This document shows, in pieces, positions 1 through 13,260 of a stretch of DNA of 64,000 nucleotides. Below the pieces are notes generated by a model. That model was not told the origin of the DNA, did no database searches, and worked only from the letters and a program-made list of their open reading frames with translations. The DNA is from Cycas panzhihuaensis (Eukaryota > Plantae > Cycadophyta). Within the stretch, counting starts at the first letter, position 1. Each line of letters opens with the position of its first letter. Location: assembly GCA_023213395.1 (NCBI GenBank), contig CM041465.1, positions 196,919,741 to 196,983,740 of the forward strand, in the 5' to 3' direction. The translations under genes were made by a program, and so were the position numbers.

Positions 1-300
1 CCCATCTGGTCGAGCCATGGTCGGCCCAATAAGAGGTTGTACTCCACATCGACGTCGAGTACAACAACTTCGATAGAAACAGTTTTCCCTCCTAAGGTGA
101 GGGAAAGGGAGACTGTCCCTAAAGGGGACTTCTCAGTCCCATCATACCCTTGGCATTTCCAAGGGATAGACTCAAGAGCTACTATGCCTAGCTCCTTGAG
201 CATCTGTGTGAGCATAGCATTGACCGAGGAGCCATTATCTACAACGGTCCTCTTTATGATACAATGATGAGTGTCGATGGTAATGACGAATGGGTAATGC
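1..300 (-). pseudogene. Gypsy aspartic protease (partial)
   Basis: Manual minus-strand translation gives RTVVDNGSSVN (~219-251) and YNLLLGRPWL (~12-41), typical Tat/Ogre/Athila protease motifs. Confidence 0.85.
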
Positions 301-561
301 AAAGCTTCTCCGCTTCTTTGGGAGATGGGAGATCTCTGGGATCAAATGAAATGATAGGTGGTCCATGAGAGGTAGCAACTATCGCATGGATGGAAGCATC
401 TTGTTGGCTAAGAGCTTCAAGAAGAAGAGCACGTTGCTCAGGGCAGCTTCTCAAGATGTCCATCAAGGACATTCCCGCGGCGACGGTGTAGAGCTCGTCA
501 ATGATAGAAAAGGGCTTACCCTTCCCCGTGGGTTGGGTAAGCGCCCTTCTAAAGTCGAATC

Positions 562-2839
562 TCAAGGCGGACGGAATAGTCTTGGGAAGCCTTGAGGAAT
601 CTCGGGAGGAATGGCTTCCAAGAGGATCAAGGTGAGATGTGGATGAAGAGGCACCTTTGCCTCTTTAGCGACTGGGGCCGGGTTAAGGCATATAGCAGGT
701 GGTCTCAAGCAATTGGACAACCTTCTTTCCTCAGAGCGGGACCGCGAAGGTGATGGAGCACGGCGGTCAGGGGAGCGCGAAGGGGAAGATGACCTTCGCA
801 CACCCTTCCCTCTACCATGCGAAGGGTGAGAATCGGGGGACCTATCCCGATCAGCGTATCTTTCTTGAACATCACGACCACGTTCCCCATGTTTGGGGAA
901 CGGGTCTCTATGAATAAATTTGATCGAGGTTAGGCCTCGATGTCCGCCTAGGGGACGAGTCGCGCGGCGGGCGTCGCGTGGGTGCTGTGCCCGGCAACGC
1001 GAATCGTCATGGAAACACTCCCCGTGGATGGAACACCACCTCTTCTCAAGGGGAGGATCGATCCTCCTTGCTTGAGAAGGCGGGTGTGCCTTTGGGGGCA
1101 TCGCCTGAAGTCTGCTGGACAGGTTTATGGGAGGTTGGCGACGAAGGAGGTTGGAGTTGTAACTCCTTCATCGTGCGCTCGAATGAGCGAATGGCGGAGG
1201 TAAGGGGATCTAGGGTCCTCTCAGTCGGGTGAGAGGTGGACTGGCGGGCTGAAGGTGTGGTCTCCATCGGAGGAGGCGCCTCGCGACGTTGCGAGGGCTT
1301 GGGAGGTTTCTTGAGTCCCGCTTGGATCTCAATGGCCTCCAAAGCCAAACACCTCGAGATGGCGGAGTCACACGTGGTCGCCCCCATCTTGAGGACTTCC
1401 ACATGCACTTCGGGACGAAGTGCATTGACAAAGAGATCTCTCTTCAACTCCTCTAGCAACGTAGCCTTGGTGGAGTGAAGAAGATCGTGAATACGTCGCA
1501 CAAAGTCACGATTCATTTCATCGTGACCTTGTTTAAGCGACAGAAGCGCCTTCATTCCGCTTTCGAACGGGCGGGCTACGTCAAAGTAGTTGACGAACTC
1601 GTCCACTAGTTGCTGGAATGAGGAGATTGAATGGGCAGGAAGGCGGTAAAACCACTTGAGGGCATCGCCCTGCAAGGACCGCGAGAATAGCTTCATGAGT
1701 ATATGGTCGAAGCCCAATAATCGATGCGCCATCGAGGCCGTACATGCTCGGTTGGGTCTCGCGACGAAGTCCCATCGAATTTAGGAACCAGAGGGTGAGG
1801 CGGCGGGTTAGTCATGGCGCCTCAATAGACAATGGCGTCGACCTATAGTCCACGAAGGGCGTGTCCTTGCTTAGGCTAACGGGTCGACAACCGGTAAAGG
1901 AATGGATGGGGGTGGTATACCCATCCCTCCTTGGGAAAAGGCCTCTTGTTGGAAAGGGAAAGCGCGTAAAAGCTCGGAAAAGATGTACGCTCCCTGGCGA
2001 CGCAAAGAATGGAGTTCTTAGACGGAAACGGAGGATGAGGGACGAGTTCTACCCATATGGGCCACCGTGGGTGGCGCGACCCCATATGGCTGCAAGGGGT
2101 CCACCCATAACAGGAGATGGCTTCCCTTGCCTTGCCCCAAGGATGAGCAATGTAACACAGGGGCACGTAAGAGAAGAACCACCAATCGGGTTCTGGACAT
2201 ATGTAGGAGTGGGTCCTACGTGGCTGGCGGCGGCGGCACTAGCAGGACCACGAGGCCTACTAGGGGACGCATGCGTCACGTTCGGAGGTGGTGCGTGCGT
2301 CTGGCTAGAGCATGGCATGCTAACCTCGAGTTAAGGGAAGGACACACCTCGAACGGGCCCTGAAGAAGTAGGCACCGGAAGCAGTGGCGCGACACTCGCC
2401 TTGGGGCCCGGGGTAGACCCGGCATAGGAAGTGTCTGCAGGCGGGAGGCGTCTATCGTTGTAGATGACGGGCATGGACGAAGAAGATGCTATGTTCTGTG
2501 ACATTTCGCAAACCATCCAGGATGCGGATGGCGGCGAGCCTCGAAGCACTCCTAAGCGCCTCGGCCGCGTCGGCGGAGGTATCCTCATAGCCATACGGTC
2601 GAAGGGACTTCAGTAAGGGATCTCGGCGCCCTCGTGAGGCTGGCATCACGTAGGGGCCGAGTCTCGTGAGGTCCAAATCTTCCGCCGCTTAGTAGGTGAA
2701 AGTCATCCGGGCGGAAATGGTCATCCGGGTAGTAGATGGAATCATTGCCCTCTTGGGCGGATTCCGGGACAAACGAAGGGAACTCTTGAGTTCCTGAAGC
2801 CATGGGACGGTAGGCCCAATCAGAAGGATAACCTTCCAT
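562..2839 (-). pseudogene. Gypsy gag region broken by frameshifts
   Basis: ORF pieces 562-1101, 1046-1732 and proline-rich upstream pieces to 2839. VPKFDGTSSRDPTEHV (~1740-1790) is out of frame with the gag core. Assigning 1800-2839 to gag is inference. Confidence 0.7.
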
Positions 2840-3099
2840 GGTCGAATCGGGATTCGACTACGGAGAGGGACGAGATGCTCGGTCTTTGAACGACGGCAGC
2901 AAGCCTCGCAAGCGACGCGTCGCATGCAACGCCTGGAGTCGTTTGAAGAAGCGGAAAGGAAAGGAAAGGAAGAACGTAAAACGCGTTGGGTGTTGCCACC
3001 GAAAACGAATGCGAACCTACTGAGGCAAGAACACCAACAAGGAGAGGCGGTTTAGCTTCCTTCTTGTGATCCCGATGTATGGTCGCGGTGAAAGCTCTC

Positions 3100-6000
3100 T
3101 AGGCGGTGATCCCGTCCCAAAGAAATACAAAACACAACATCGTGGGCTAGGCAGTGAGGATCTCACCTCGCGGGTCGTCCGTCTTGGCCGAGGCGGGTTC
3201 GGGGCGCAGGTGCTGGTTGCTTCCGGTGGCCGTGCAAATCTGAGGCCTTCTACCCCCTTGGATGGCGGGAAGGAAAAGGAAACCTCGCGTGCGGCTTCTC
3301 AAGGTAATGAGAGAGGCAGCGAGGGCAACAGAATCAGCGTGCAGCGGGTGTGAAGTAAGGTATGGTTGGGGTATGCAGCGTAAGCGGGTCTATTTCCATG
3401 TAATGCGAGGTAAAAGAAGCAGTGCAGGAAAGTAAGCGTAAGACAAAGACTATTTCCTTTTTCCTTTATATTTCCTTCTCTTTTACTATCGAGCATGTAT
3501 GAAAGGCAAGAATGATAAAAAGGAAAAAAATAAAGGAAGCGTGAGGAATACACAGATCCGCGGTTGAGGTTGAAGTGCGGATCCTCTCTCGGTTGCGCTC
3601 CTTTCCTCTCTCCTCCACGCGTACAACGTCGATCGGAGGCGGCGAAGGGGTTCTTACCTCCCTAGGGCATCTGGCAGAATAAAGGGAAAGGACGGAAGCA
3701 AAGTTCGAAGCGAAGGGAGAATCTGAGTGCGAGGCCGGCCGTGACGGGTTGATCTCGTACACCACTCCCTCGACATGATCCTGTGAACAAGCAGAGAGAA
3801 CGCCTTCCTCTCGGGAGAGAGGCCTCTGAGCTGCAGCGAGATATATATGTATATCTTGAAATGAAATCAACTAAACTAGAGAAATCAAATTCACGCACCA
3901 ACACGTAACAAAATGAAACAACAACACCGGTAAGCATACAAATTTGTCAAGCACCCCAAAATGTACTATATGGAATGAGTATAGCCTCGGGATGGCTAAC
4001 TCACCCACGAGAAGGTCTCCACGGGGTCGGGAAGGTAATGCTAGCAGTAACGAGGTGAAAGCAGTGGTGACGGTTGCTACACAAAGGGAAAAGAACTCAA
4101 ACCAACTCTCTTAGGTTTCCCTCACTCTGTTTCCTAAAGCGCGGGTGATAAAGGGAGAGAGAGGACAGGGGCGGAACCCTTAGGGAGAAGGATGGCAATG
4201 GGGGCGGAACCACTCTCCCTCTAATCCTCGCGTGAAACCCTTTATCTGCACTAGCTTAGAAAATGGTGAAGAGAAAGCTAGAAAGGGGAAGGGTGAGTCT
4301 CGAGGAAATGCAAAGAAATGTAACCAATCTAGGCGGTATAGTAAGTCACCACTAACCAAGATTACTTGCATCCATGACAGAGAAGATCCCAAAGAAAGTA
4401 TATGCAAAGAGAAGAAGGAAATTGCAAGTAGAACCATAAAAAGCAAGGAAAAAGCACCGATAAAGCAAAATATACGGAATGGAGGAGAACATGCATGCAT
4501 TCACTTGGCCAGTTGGGCGTGACCCAAGCAATGTCCCAGAGGTGGTGTTGGGTGTCCTTTGCAAGAGGCGAAGAGTGAAACTCCATGCAAGTTGGGAGCT
4601 TGAAAATGGGTCCTTGGGTGGTCTTTTGGTGAGAAAATCCTTGAAGCTTTGAGTGTTTGTGAGGAAGGTGGTACTTGTGATGGAGCTCGTGAGGCGTGAT
4701 AGCCCGCAACTCCGGTGGTAGCGACCCACTTCACCTCTGTCCCCTTTGTTGTAAGAGAAGTTCTTCTTTCAATCATCTTTTCCTTGTCTTTTCTTGAAGA
4801 GTTGCTCTTAAAAACCTCAAAAGTCCGTCAAGAATCCTCCAAATGAATAAAAAGGCTTTTATGCCTTGGTCATATAAGTGAGCGTTGGGGGCCTCGGGCG
4901 CCTCGATCATCTGAAGACCATGGCGGTTTCGTGAAAAAAGCGAAGCGTCGCGTGCTTTCTTTAAATTTTAAGCGATTAAATCTGCAGCAAACTCTGATGC
5001 CGTGCAAACTTCCATGATGTAAGCTTAGTTTCTGTGACATCAGCAATTTAAAAGAAAAAAAATACAACATAAAAATCGGGGTTTTGGGAGGCTGGGTCGG
5101 GGGCTAAGCACGAAATACATCAATTGGGGAAGGCCTGGCGGTAGGCAGAGTACCAAGCAGTTACAAGAGTCTATCTAGGGTCAAGCGGGCTTAGGAAGGA
5201 TTTGCGGCATAAGTGTGCATTATAACAAGAACACATGGTGGCAAGAGCATTAGAGACCATGGAACATCGTGAGTGGTTGTATACCATACGGGGTCGCATT
5301 ATTTGAGAATGCCCGTGTAGTCGTCATAGGCGAGGGTGCCGTAGGCACATGCGTTGTGGCGGGCAATCAAACAAATGCATGTTGGCGAGCATATGTCAAT
5401 CAAACTATTCTAGACTACTCCGGCCTCATAAGTAAGAAAAGTAAGAACATATACGAATAAACTGTGATGGCGTGTCTAAAGTCCATTCCCGATGGGGAAA
5501 CACGCCTTAGCGTGAGCCTCCTTCCGGGCGTAATGTGATGGCGAATGCTGACAATCAAGAAACATGAGTAGCACATGCATAGATATATATAAAAGCAATA
5601 AAGAGCAGCACGGTTTTTCCAGCTATTGGGAATGGACTCGAGACACATCGGCACAGGTTTGTTCAGGTATATGTTCTTACTTTTCTTACTTATGAGTGCT
5701 CGAGTAGTCTAAAATAGTTTGATTGACATATGCCTGCCAACATGCATTTGTTTGATTGCCTGCTCACAACGCATATGCCTAATGGCACCCCTCGACTATG
5801 ATTAACTCGATGGGGCATTCCCGGCCAATGCGACACCGTATGGCATACAAACCACTCACGATGTTCTCCAATGGTCTCGGAATGTTCTTGCCCGACTTGT
5901 GTTCTTGTTATAACTTATGCCGCCAAATCCTTCCCAAGCTGGGGTTGACTTAGATGGGACTCTTTGCCTTTGTTTGGTGCCCACTTCACCCAGGCCTTCC

Positions 6001-9000
6001 CCAATTGATGTATTCGAGCTTAGCCCCTAACCCAGCAAAACTGATTTTTATGTTGTATTTTTTCTCTCTTTTAAATTCGGGTTGATCTGTGAAACTGCTA
6101 GCGATGGTGAGTTTGCGGTACCACGAGTTTCTTGATTGTTTAAAATTTAAAAAGCACGTGACGCTTCCACATTTTTTTCACGAACCGCCACGTGGCTCGG
6201 GCGATTGGGCGCCCGGGCCCCAACGTTCACTTCTTGTGACCAGGCATAAAAAGCCTTTTTATTCATTTTGGAGGATTCTTGATGGACTTTTGAGGTTTTC
6301 TAAGAGCAACTCTTCAAGAAAAAGATAAGGAAAAGCAGTTGAAAGAAGAACTTCTCTTACTGTGGGACGGAGGTGAAGGGCTGCTACCGGTTGGAGTTGC
6401 AGGCCATGCTGCCCTCTGAGGCTCCATCACAAGTACCACCTTCCCTCTGAAACACCGAAAGCTTCAAGGATTTTCTCACAAAAAGTCACTCAAGGACCCA
6501 TTTTCAAGCTCCAACTTGCATGGAGTTCACTCTTACTCTCTTGCAAAGGACACCCAACACCACCTTCAGACATTGAAAGCCATCCAATTGGCCAAGTGAA
6601 TGCATGCATGTTCTCCTCCATTCGGTATTTTTGCTTCTTGTTGGTGCTTTTTCCTTGCTTTTTGATGGTTCTACTTATTTCCTTCTTCTCTTTCGTATAC
6701 TTTCTTTGGGATCTTCTCTTGTCATTGGATGTGGGTAATCTTGATTAGTGGTGACTTACTATAACGCCCTTCTTGGGATTGGTTCTCCCCGCATTTCCCT
6801 CCTCCTTTTCATTTCTTGAGACTCACCCTTTCAGCTTTCTCTTTCCATTTTCTAAGTCTTTGCATGCCCTAGTCGGTATAAACCCCCGCCGTCGCCTCTC
6901 CTGGTCGGGTTTCATGAGGATTAGAGGGAGATGAGTTCCAGTCCCCATTCCTCCAACCTCCTCCGAGGGTTCCGTCGGTATTCCTGTCCCTTTGTTCTCT
7001 CTCCTTTATCACTTGCTTTTCATACATTTTCTTAGGAAGCGGGTGAGGAAACCTAAGAGAGTTAGTTTGAGTTATTTTCCCTTAGGCAACACCAGCTGCC
7101 TCGTTACTGCTAACATTACCTTTGGGATTACATGGAGACCTCTGGGTGGTGGGTTAGCCATCCAGGGCTATACTCGATCCCACATCTCAGTATATTTTAA
7201 GTGCTTGGCCCAGTTTGTCTTATCATGCGATGTTGTTTCATTTTTGTTACGTGTTGGTGCGTAACATTTCTCTAGTTTGATTGATTTCATTGTTATGTCG
7301 TATATATCTTGTATGGGTGCTTAAATGGCCTCTCTCAGGAAGGCGTTCTCTGTTTGTTTTGGGGATCACGTCCCGAGAGGGGTGTGTGTCAGGTTTGCTC
7401 TGCTCATGCGGTTTCACCTCCCTTTTCGTGCCTGGAAATAGAAGACGTTCGTTTACATACCCCAACCATACCTTACTTCACACAGTTTACCCGCGTTGAT
7501 TCTGTTGCCCTCGTTGCCTTCTCATTGCATGAGAAGCGCCAGCAGCCAGTTTCCTTTACCTTCGAGTAGCACCGTGGAGGCCTGCTATGGGCTACACAGG
7601 GTTAATACCATCCCGAGCTATACTCGGTCCCCTCAGTATATTTTGGGGCGTTTTGGGGTGCTGATGGCTTGTATGTTTACTGCGGGAAGAGTTGTTTCAT
7701 TTTTGTTACGTATGGTGCGTGAACTCGATTTGGGGCCATTGATTTCATTTCAAGATATACATGGGCAGTTCTTCTCTTATCATGCGATGTTGTTTTCATT
7801 TTATTCACGTGTTGATGCGTAACTTGATTTCTGAATAATTGATTTCATTTCGATATATACATATATATGTGGAGGGAAGGAAGGAAAGGAGGCCTTGGCC
7901 AGGGAGAGGATGCTGCACTTCAGCTCAAGCCGGGATCCGGTATTCCTCGCGTTTCCTTTGTTTTTCACTTTTTATCATTCTTGCACTTTCATACATGCTT
8001 GATAAGGTGAAGGAAGGAAATATAAGGAAAACAGTCTTTGTCTTCGTTTACTTTCTGTGGTTTTCTTTATGGAAATGAAGACAGTTTCGTTACATACCCC
8101 AACCATGCCTTACTTCACACTTCGTTGGTAGCTGTTGCTCTCCGAGCCGTTCTCTACATTTGTTGCGAGGATCACGTCGAGGAGGGTGGTATACGAGATC
8201 AACCGTTCTTGATCGGCTCTGCGGTATTTCTCCTCCCTTTTCGTTTAGAACTTTGCTAGAAGGGTGTGTTGAGCCTTAGTCCGTTCGACGTTGCATGTGT
8301 GGAGGAGGAAGAGGCCTTAATGAGAGAGGATACACTTCAACCTCAGCCGTAGGATCAGGCCATTCTCGGCGTTTCCTTTGTTTTTTCCTTTTATCATTCT
8401 TGCCCTTTCATTGTGCTTGATGAGTAAAAGAAGAAATTATAAAGGAAAAAAGGAAGCTTGATCTTTGTCTTACGTTTACTTTCCTGTCACCAGTTTCTTT
8501 TACCTTGCATTATATGGAAATAGGGCCGTTTAAATTACATACCCCAACCTTTTACTTCACACGTTGCCGTTGATTACATTGCCCACTCTCGTTGCCTTCT
8601 CATTTACCTTGAGAAGCCTTGTATGAGGTTTCCTTTTCCTTCCGGAAATACATCCAGAAAATGAATTCTCATGTTGCTTCTGGAAGCAACCGGGGCACAT
8701 TAGATCCCAGAACCCAACTCACGGCCTTGCGGGACAACCATGAGGTGAGGTCCTCATTTTCTGCCTTGAGCAGCCATGACAGGTCCTTATGTTTTGTGTT
8801 TCTTTGCTAGGCCATCAGAAGTGGATCACGGGCCGAGGGAGTGGTGTATCTAGATCAACCCACGGCCGGCCTCGTGACAGATTTCTCCTCCCTTCGCTTT
8901 CAACTTTATCATTCCTTTCCCTTTATTAAGTCTCAGATGCCTAGGGGAGGTGGGTAACCCCTCTGTCACCCGGGACGACGCTGTAATGTGGTGGAGGAGA

Positions 9001-9550
9001 GAGGAAAGGAGCGAACCGAGAGAGATCCGTGACTTCAACCTCAACCGCCGGGATCCGTATTCGCTTCCTTTGTTTTTTCCTTTTATCATTCTCTTGCCTT
9101 TTCATACATGTCATAGGTAAAAGAGAAGGAAATATAAAGGAAAAAAAAGGAAATGTTTTGTCTTTACTTTTACTTTCCTGTCATCAGCTTCTTTTTACCT
9201 CGCATTATATGGAAATAGAAGACCCGCTTATGCTATATACCCCAACCATACCTTACTCACACCCGCTGTAACGTTGATTCTCATGTTCTCCTGCCGGCTT
9301 TCCTCATTACCTTTGAGAAGCCGCAACGCTTTAGGTTTTTCCTTCCCGGCCATCCGGCGGGTAGAAGGCCTCAGATTTCAGACGGCCATTCGAAGCAACC
9401 AGCATATCATAGCCTCTCAACCAAGGCCTCGGCGAGGATTAACCTCAAGGCTGAGGTGAGATCCTCACTGCCTAAAATTGGGCTATCGTGGTTTTGTATT
9501 TCTTTTGTTGTGACGGGGATCACCGCCCATGAGAGCAGCCCAGCGGAGAA
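3100..9550. repeat. Large inverted repeat (fold-back), spacer ~5505-5608; distal right arm is scrambled multi-copy
   Basis: Reverse-complement matches: 5428-5454 with 5667-5693; ~5100-5140 with ~5990-6030; ~4775-4810 with ~6300-6335; 4478-4503 with ~6598-6624; ~3860-3925 with ~7230-7290; ~3100-3780 with ~8820-9530. Confidence 0.9.
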
Positions 9551-9729
9551 AGCGTTCAGGCGGTAGGATTTCATACCCGGAGAAGCGTTGACAGGCATTC
9601 ACGATCCAGAACCCGCTCGTGCCTGAGACATGGTGGGATCCTCATTACATCAGCCCGATCAGTGTTGGTACATATTTCTTTTGCTGGGCGTGGGATCAGC
9701 CCATGGAGGCGTTGGGAAGGATTTCATAT

Positions 9730-12700
9730 TTTTATAACCAGTTTGTACTTGACATAAAGAACTTAAACTCTTATATTTAAAGAGCAAGCAAGGCTCCCCT
9801 TACCTGAAGAACAACACATTGGTAACTATGTTGATAGCAATAGTAGTAGTAACAACATGGCACTAGTGTCCAAGTTCAAGAAGAAAGTAAGTATTATTCT
9901 TATTAAAAGTGGTGCTTAGTCTTCACAAATTCAAAGCTCAAGTTAATCAAAGCTAAATCCCAAAAAGGATTTTGTCTATAGTTATTATAATAAGCAAGGA
10001 AGGATTTTATTAAAAAGGCTAGTAAGACTACTACCTTATCTATTGATAAAGATAAAACTTTTGTGTTTTATACATTATTTGAAGAAGAAGTCACTTGGTA
10101 TGTTGATTTTGGCACTTTTAATCATATTTCTTATCGTGAAGAGTGGGTTAATGAATTTGGTAAAGGAGCTTACTAACAAGTTTTTAGGGTGATAAGAGTC
10201 CACATGTTGTTGATTGACAAGGTGCAACTATCATTCATCAACAAGATTGTATTTTTAAAATCACTAATGTTCTCTATATACCCTTTGTAAGTTTCAACTT
10301 GCTTTTTGTAAATTACATCATGTTAAATGAGATAAGAGTTGTACCTGATAAAACTATGTGTCCTTGAAAAAGGTGGTGATGTAATTACTCAAGGTGTTTA
10401 AGAGAATGGTATATATAAATTCTTTTGAACATATGAGCTTGGACTTGTTGCTAGACTATCCTTTGATAGTTTATGGCATGGATGCTTTGGTCATTTGAAT
10501 TACTATAATCTTCAATTATTGAACATGGTATAGGATTTTCTTTTTATTAAAAAATATAAAAGGATTTATAAAGTTTGTGCATTAGGAAAGTAACATAAAT
10601 AAAAATTTATCAAGTCCACCTAGCAGGCAATTGACAAATTAGAATTGGTTCATTTTGATCTATATGTACTAACAACACTAGCTTCACTTGGAGGAGCGAA
10701 GTTTTTCATGATCTTTATTAAAGATTTATCAAGAAAGACTTGGGTCTACTTGTTAAAATCTAGGTCAAAAGCATTTTCTAGGCTCAAAGATTTCAAAGTT
10801 GAAGCAGAAAATTTCTCAAGTAAGAGGCTCAAAGTCATGAGAAGTGATAGAAGAGGCAAATATTTGTTGAATGACTTTTTTAGCTTTTGTAAAAGCCATG
10901 GCATTCAATGGCAATTTTTAGCAGCTTATACTCCATAACAAAATGGATTTTTTGAAAGAAAGAACTGCATAGTTGCAAAAATAGCTCATTACATGCTTAA
11001 GGGAAAAAATGTTACCATTGGTTTTTTGGGAGAAGCTATAAAAATAGTTATATATGTACTAGATAAAAGTCTTATAAAAGGCTATTTGAAACAAAACTCT
11101 TAAAGAAGCCTAAACTAGTAAAAAGCCCATTATTTCCAATCTTCAAGTATTTGGAAGCAACCTTATGTTCATATTCATGATCTCAAAAGATATAAGTTGG
11201 ATGATAAAAACATAAAGCACATGTTTGTTGCATATTGTAAAACATCCAAAGTATATAGGCTATGGAATCCAATAGAAAAGAAGATAGTGATTAGTAGAGA
11301 TGCCCTCTTTGATGAACATACATGCTTTTGAGATTATAGTAGAGGAACCTCAACCCCCCTCTTCTCTTCCTTCTACTAAAAGGAAGTTACTAAAATAGTA
11401 TCTATAAACTATAAAAGGCTCTTATATTAAAGACTTAGATGCTAATGAAGGTATTAAGATAAGAAACAAAGTAAAATTTGCTTTGATATCTAATATCTTA
11501 AGCAATGATGAGTCTCAATTATATAATAAAGCTAAGGATTCCATTCATTAGCAAAATGCTGTGAAGGACAAGTATAATTCCATCATTCAAAATAAAACTT
11601 GGGATCTTATTAAACTTCCTAAAAATAAAATGATTATTGGTCACAAATGGATTTATAGGGTGAAGTATCGATTTAATGGTGGAATTAACAAGTATAAAAC
11701 TCAACTTGTGGCCAAAGGATATACACAAATTGTAGGAGTAGATTTTGAATAAACCTTTGTTCCTATAACAAAGATGAAGACCTTCTGAATGCTTATTTGT
11801 CTTACATCTTGTTTTGGTTGGGAATTACACTAGATGGATGTAAAGACTACTTTCCTTAATAGCATTCTTAATGAAGAAGTGTATATGGATAAACCTGCAG
11901 GCTTTGTGTAAGTTAAAAAAGAGCATCATGTTTGTAAATTAAAGAAAGACCTTTATGGGATTAAACATGCACCAAGAGCATGGTATTCATGCATTTATAA
12001 CTACTTACTACCACTTAGATTCATCATGTCTGAATTTAATCACAATTTATATGTGAAGAATGAGAATGATGAAATATTGATAGTTCTTCTTTATGTCAAT
12101 TATCTTATCATTATAAGAAGTGATACTTTGAATATTAAAACTCTAAAAAGCTAGGTAAGCAAAGTGTTTGAGATAATAAATCTTGATCTCCTAAACTACT
12201 AACTTGGTTTAGAAGTTTGGTAGAAAGAAAATGGCATCTTTATGTCACTATCAAAATATGTTCATCATTTACTAAGACATTTTCATTTGGAGGAATTTAA
12301 GCTAATGGCAACTCCTTTTGGAATTAGTCTTAAACTTTCTAAAGAGAATGGTAATAAGATTATTGATGCAACATTGTATAGGCAATCGGTAGGTAGTCTT
12401 ATCTACTTAACTACCACAAGACTTAATATTTACTATATTGTTGGAGTTGTGTCATAATTTATGAGCTCTCCATGTATTTCACATTAGAAAGCAACAAAGC
12501 ATATATTAAGGTATATTAGGGATAATATCAAGTTTAGAATTATGTTTTAAATTTTTGATAAGTTCAAGTTATAGTATTCCACTGACTTTGATTAAGTTGG
12601 AGATGTAGATTATAGAAAATCTACACCAAGATATGTGTTTACTCTTAGTTCTAGTGTAATTTCTTATTGCAATAAGAAAAAACCCATAGTTTCTCTATCA

Positions 12701-13260
12701 TTAACAGAAGATGAATACAATTTAGTTATCTTAATTACCTCATAAGTAGTTTGGCTTAAAAGACTACTTAATCATTTTACACTTGAGTAAACTAATCCTA
12801 CAATGTTGTTTTTTGATAATTAGAGCACAATTCAACTGTTAAGAATTTTATCTTTTATGCAAGGATAAAGCATATTGAAATTCATCGTCACTTTCTTCAA
12901 GAACAAGTGCAATGCAGAATAATAGAGTTAGTTTATTATCTAACTTAAGATTATGTTATTGATATTCTTACTAAGGCTTTAAGCCACGAAAGATTTGAAA
13001 GGTTTAGAAAGCTTCTTTTTATAAGAGACAATGGATTGTGAGGGGGTGCTAAAATAGTTGTTTAACTATAATATAATTCCTTGTATTGTAATTCATTGTA
13101 ACTTACATGTCCTTTCTTAATTCTTTATGCACCCTCATTAAGTCAATAAGTGGTGGTCTTGTCATTCATGTGAGATGTATATGAGGTGTTTGAATTGAAT
13201 ATAAAACGAGATTATTTCTTATGAGTTTGGTGTTTCAGTTTATTTGTTTATTCTTCAGCA
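9730..13260 (+). mobile_element. Old degenerate Ty1/Copia element lacking its 5' LTR
   Basis: Domains in Copia order: protease WYVDFG (~10097), LWHGCFGHL (~10471), integrase (10645-10938), RT (11561-12457) and RNase H ending DILTKAL (~12961). PPT GTGAGGGGG at 13038-13046 is followed by a TG-starting LTR at 13047; the LTR end is approximate. Confidence 0.85.

Larger units (their letters stand above)
1..5504 (-). mobile_element. Ty3/Gypsy LTR retrotransposon (non-chromovirus, Tat/Ogre-like): putative LTR and long leader, gag and protease; pol continues off the left edge
   Basis: The minus strand encodes a retrotransposon gag core (LMKLFSRSLQGDALKWF...LLSLKQG, 1046-1732), a CX2HX4HX4C-type knuckle (WCSIHGECFHDDSRC, ~990-1035) and protease motifs. 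A possible LTR end (...GGGGTGCTTGACA) lies near 3946, but no canonical PBS is recognisable. The upstream boundary is obscured by the fold-back. Confidence 0.85.

Noticed and set aside
1861-4776. Many short overlapping ORFs on both strands as novel genes
   Set aside because: They are shadow frames of GC-rich gag or chance ORFs in the LTR/leader, with no recognisable domains.
5505-5608. Palindrome spacer as a Nanopore adapter remnant (AGCAATA at ~5594; also AATGTACT at ~3960)
   Set aside because: These are only 7-8 nt matches, expected by chance. The 3960 motif has a counterpart in the opposite arm, so it belongs to the element.
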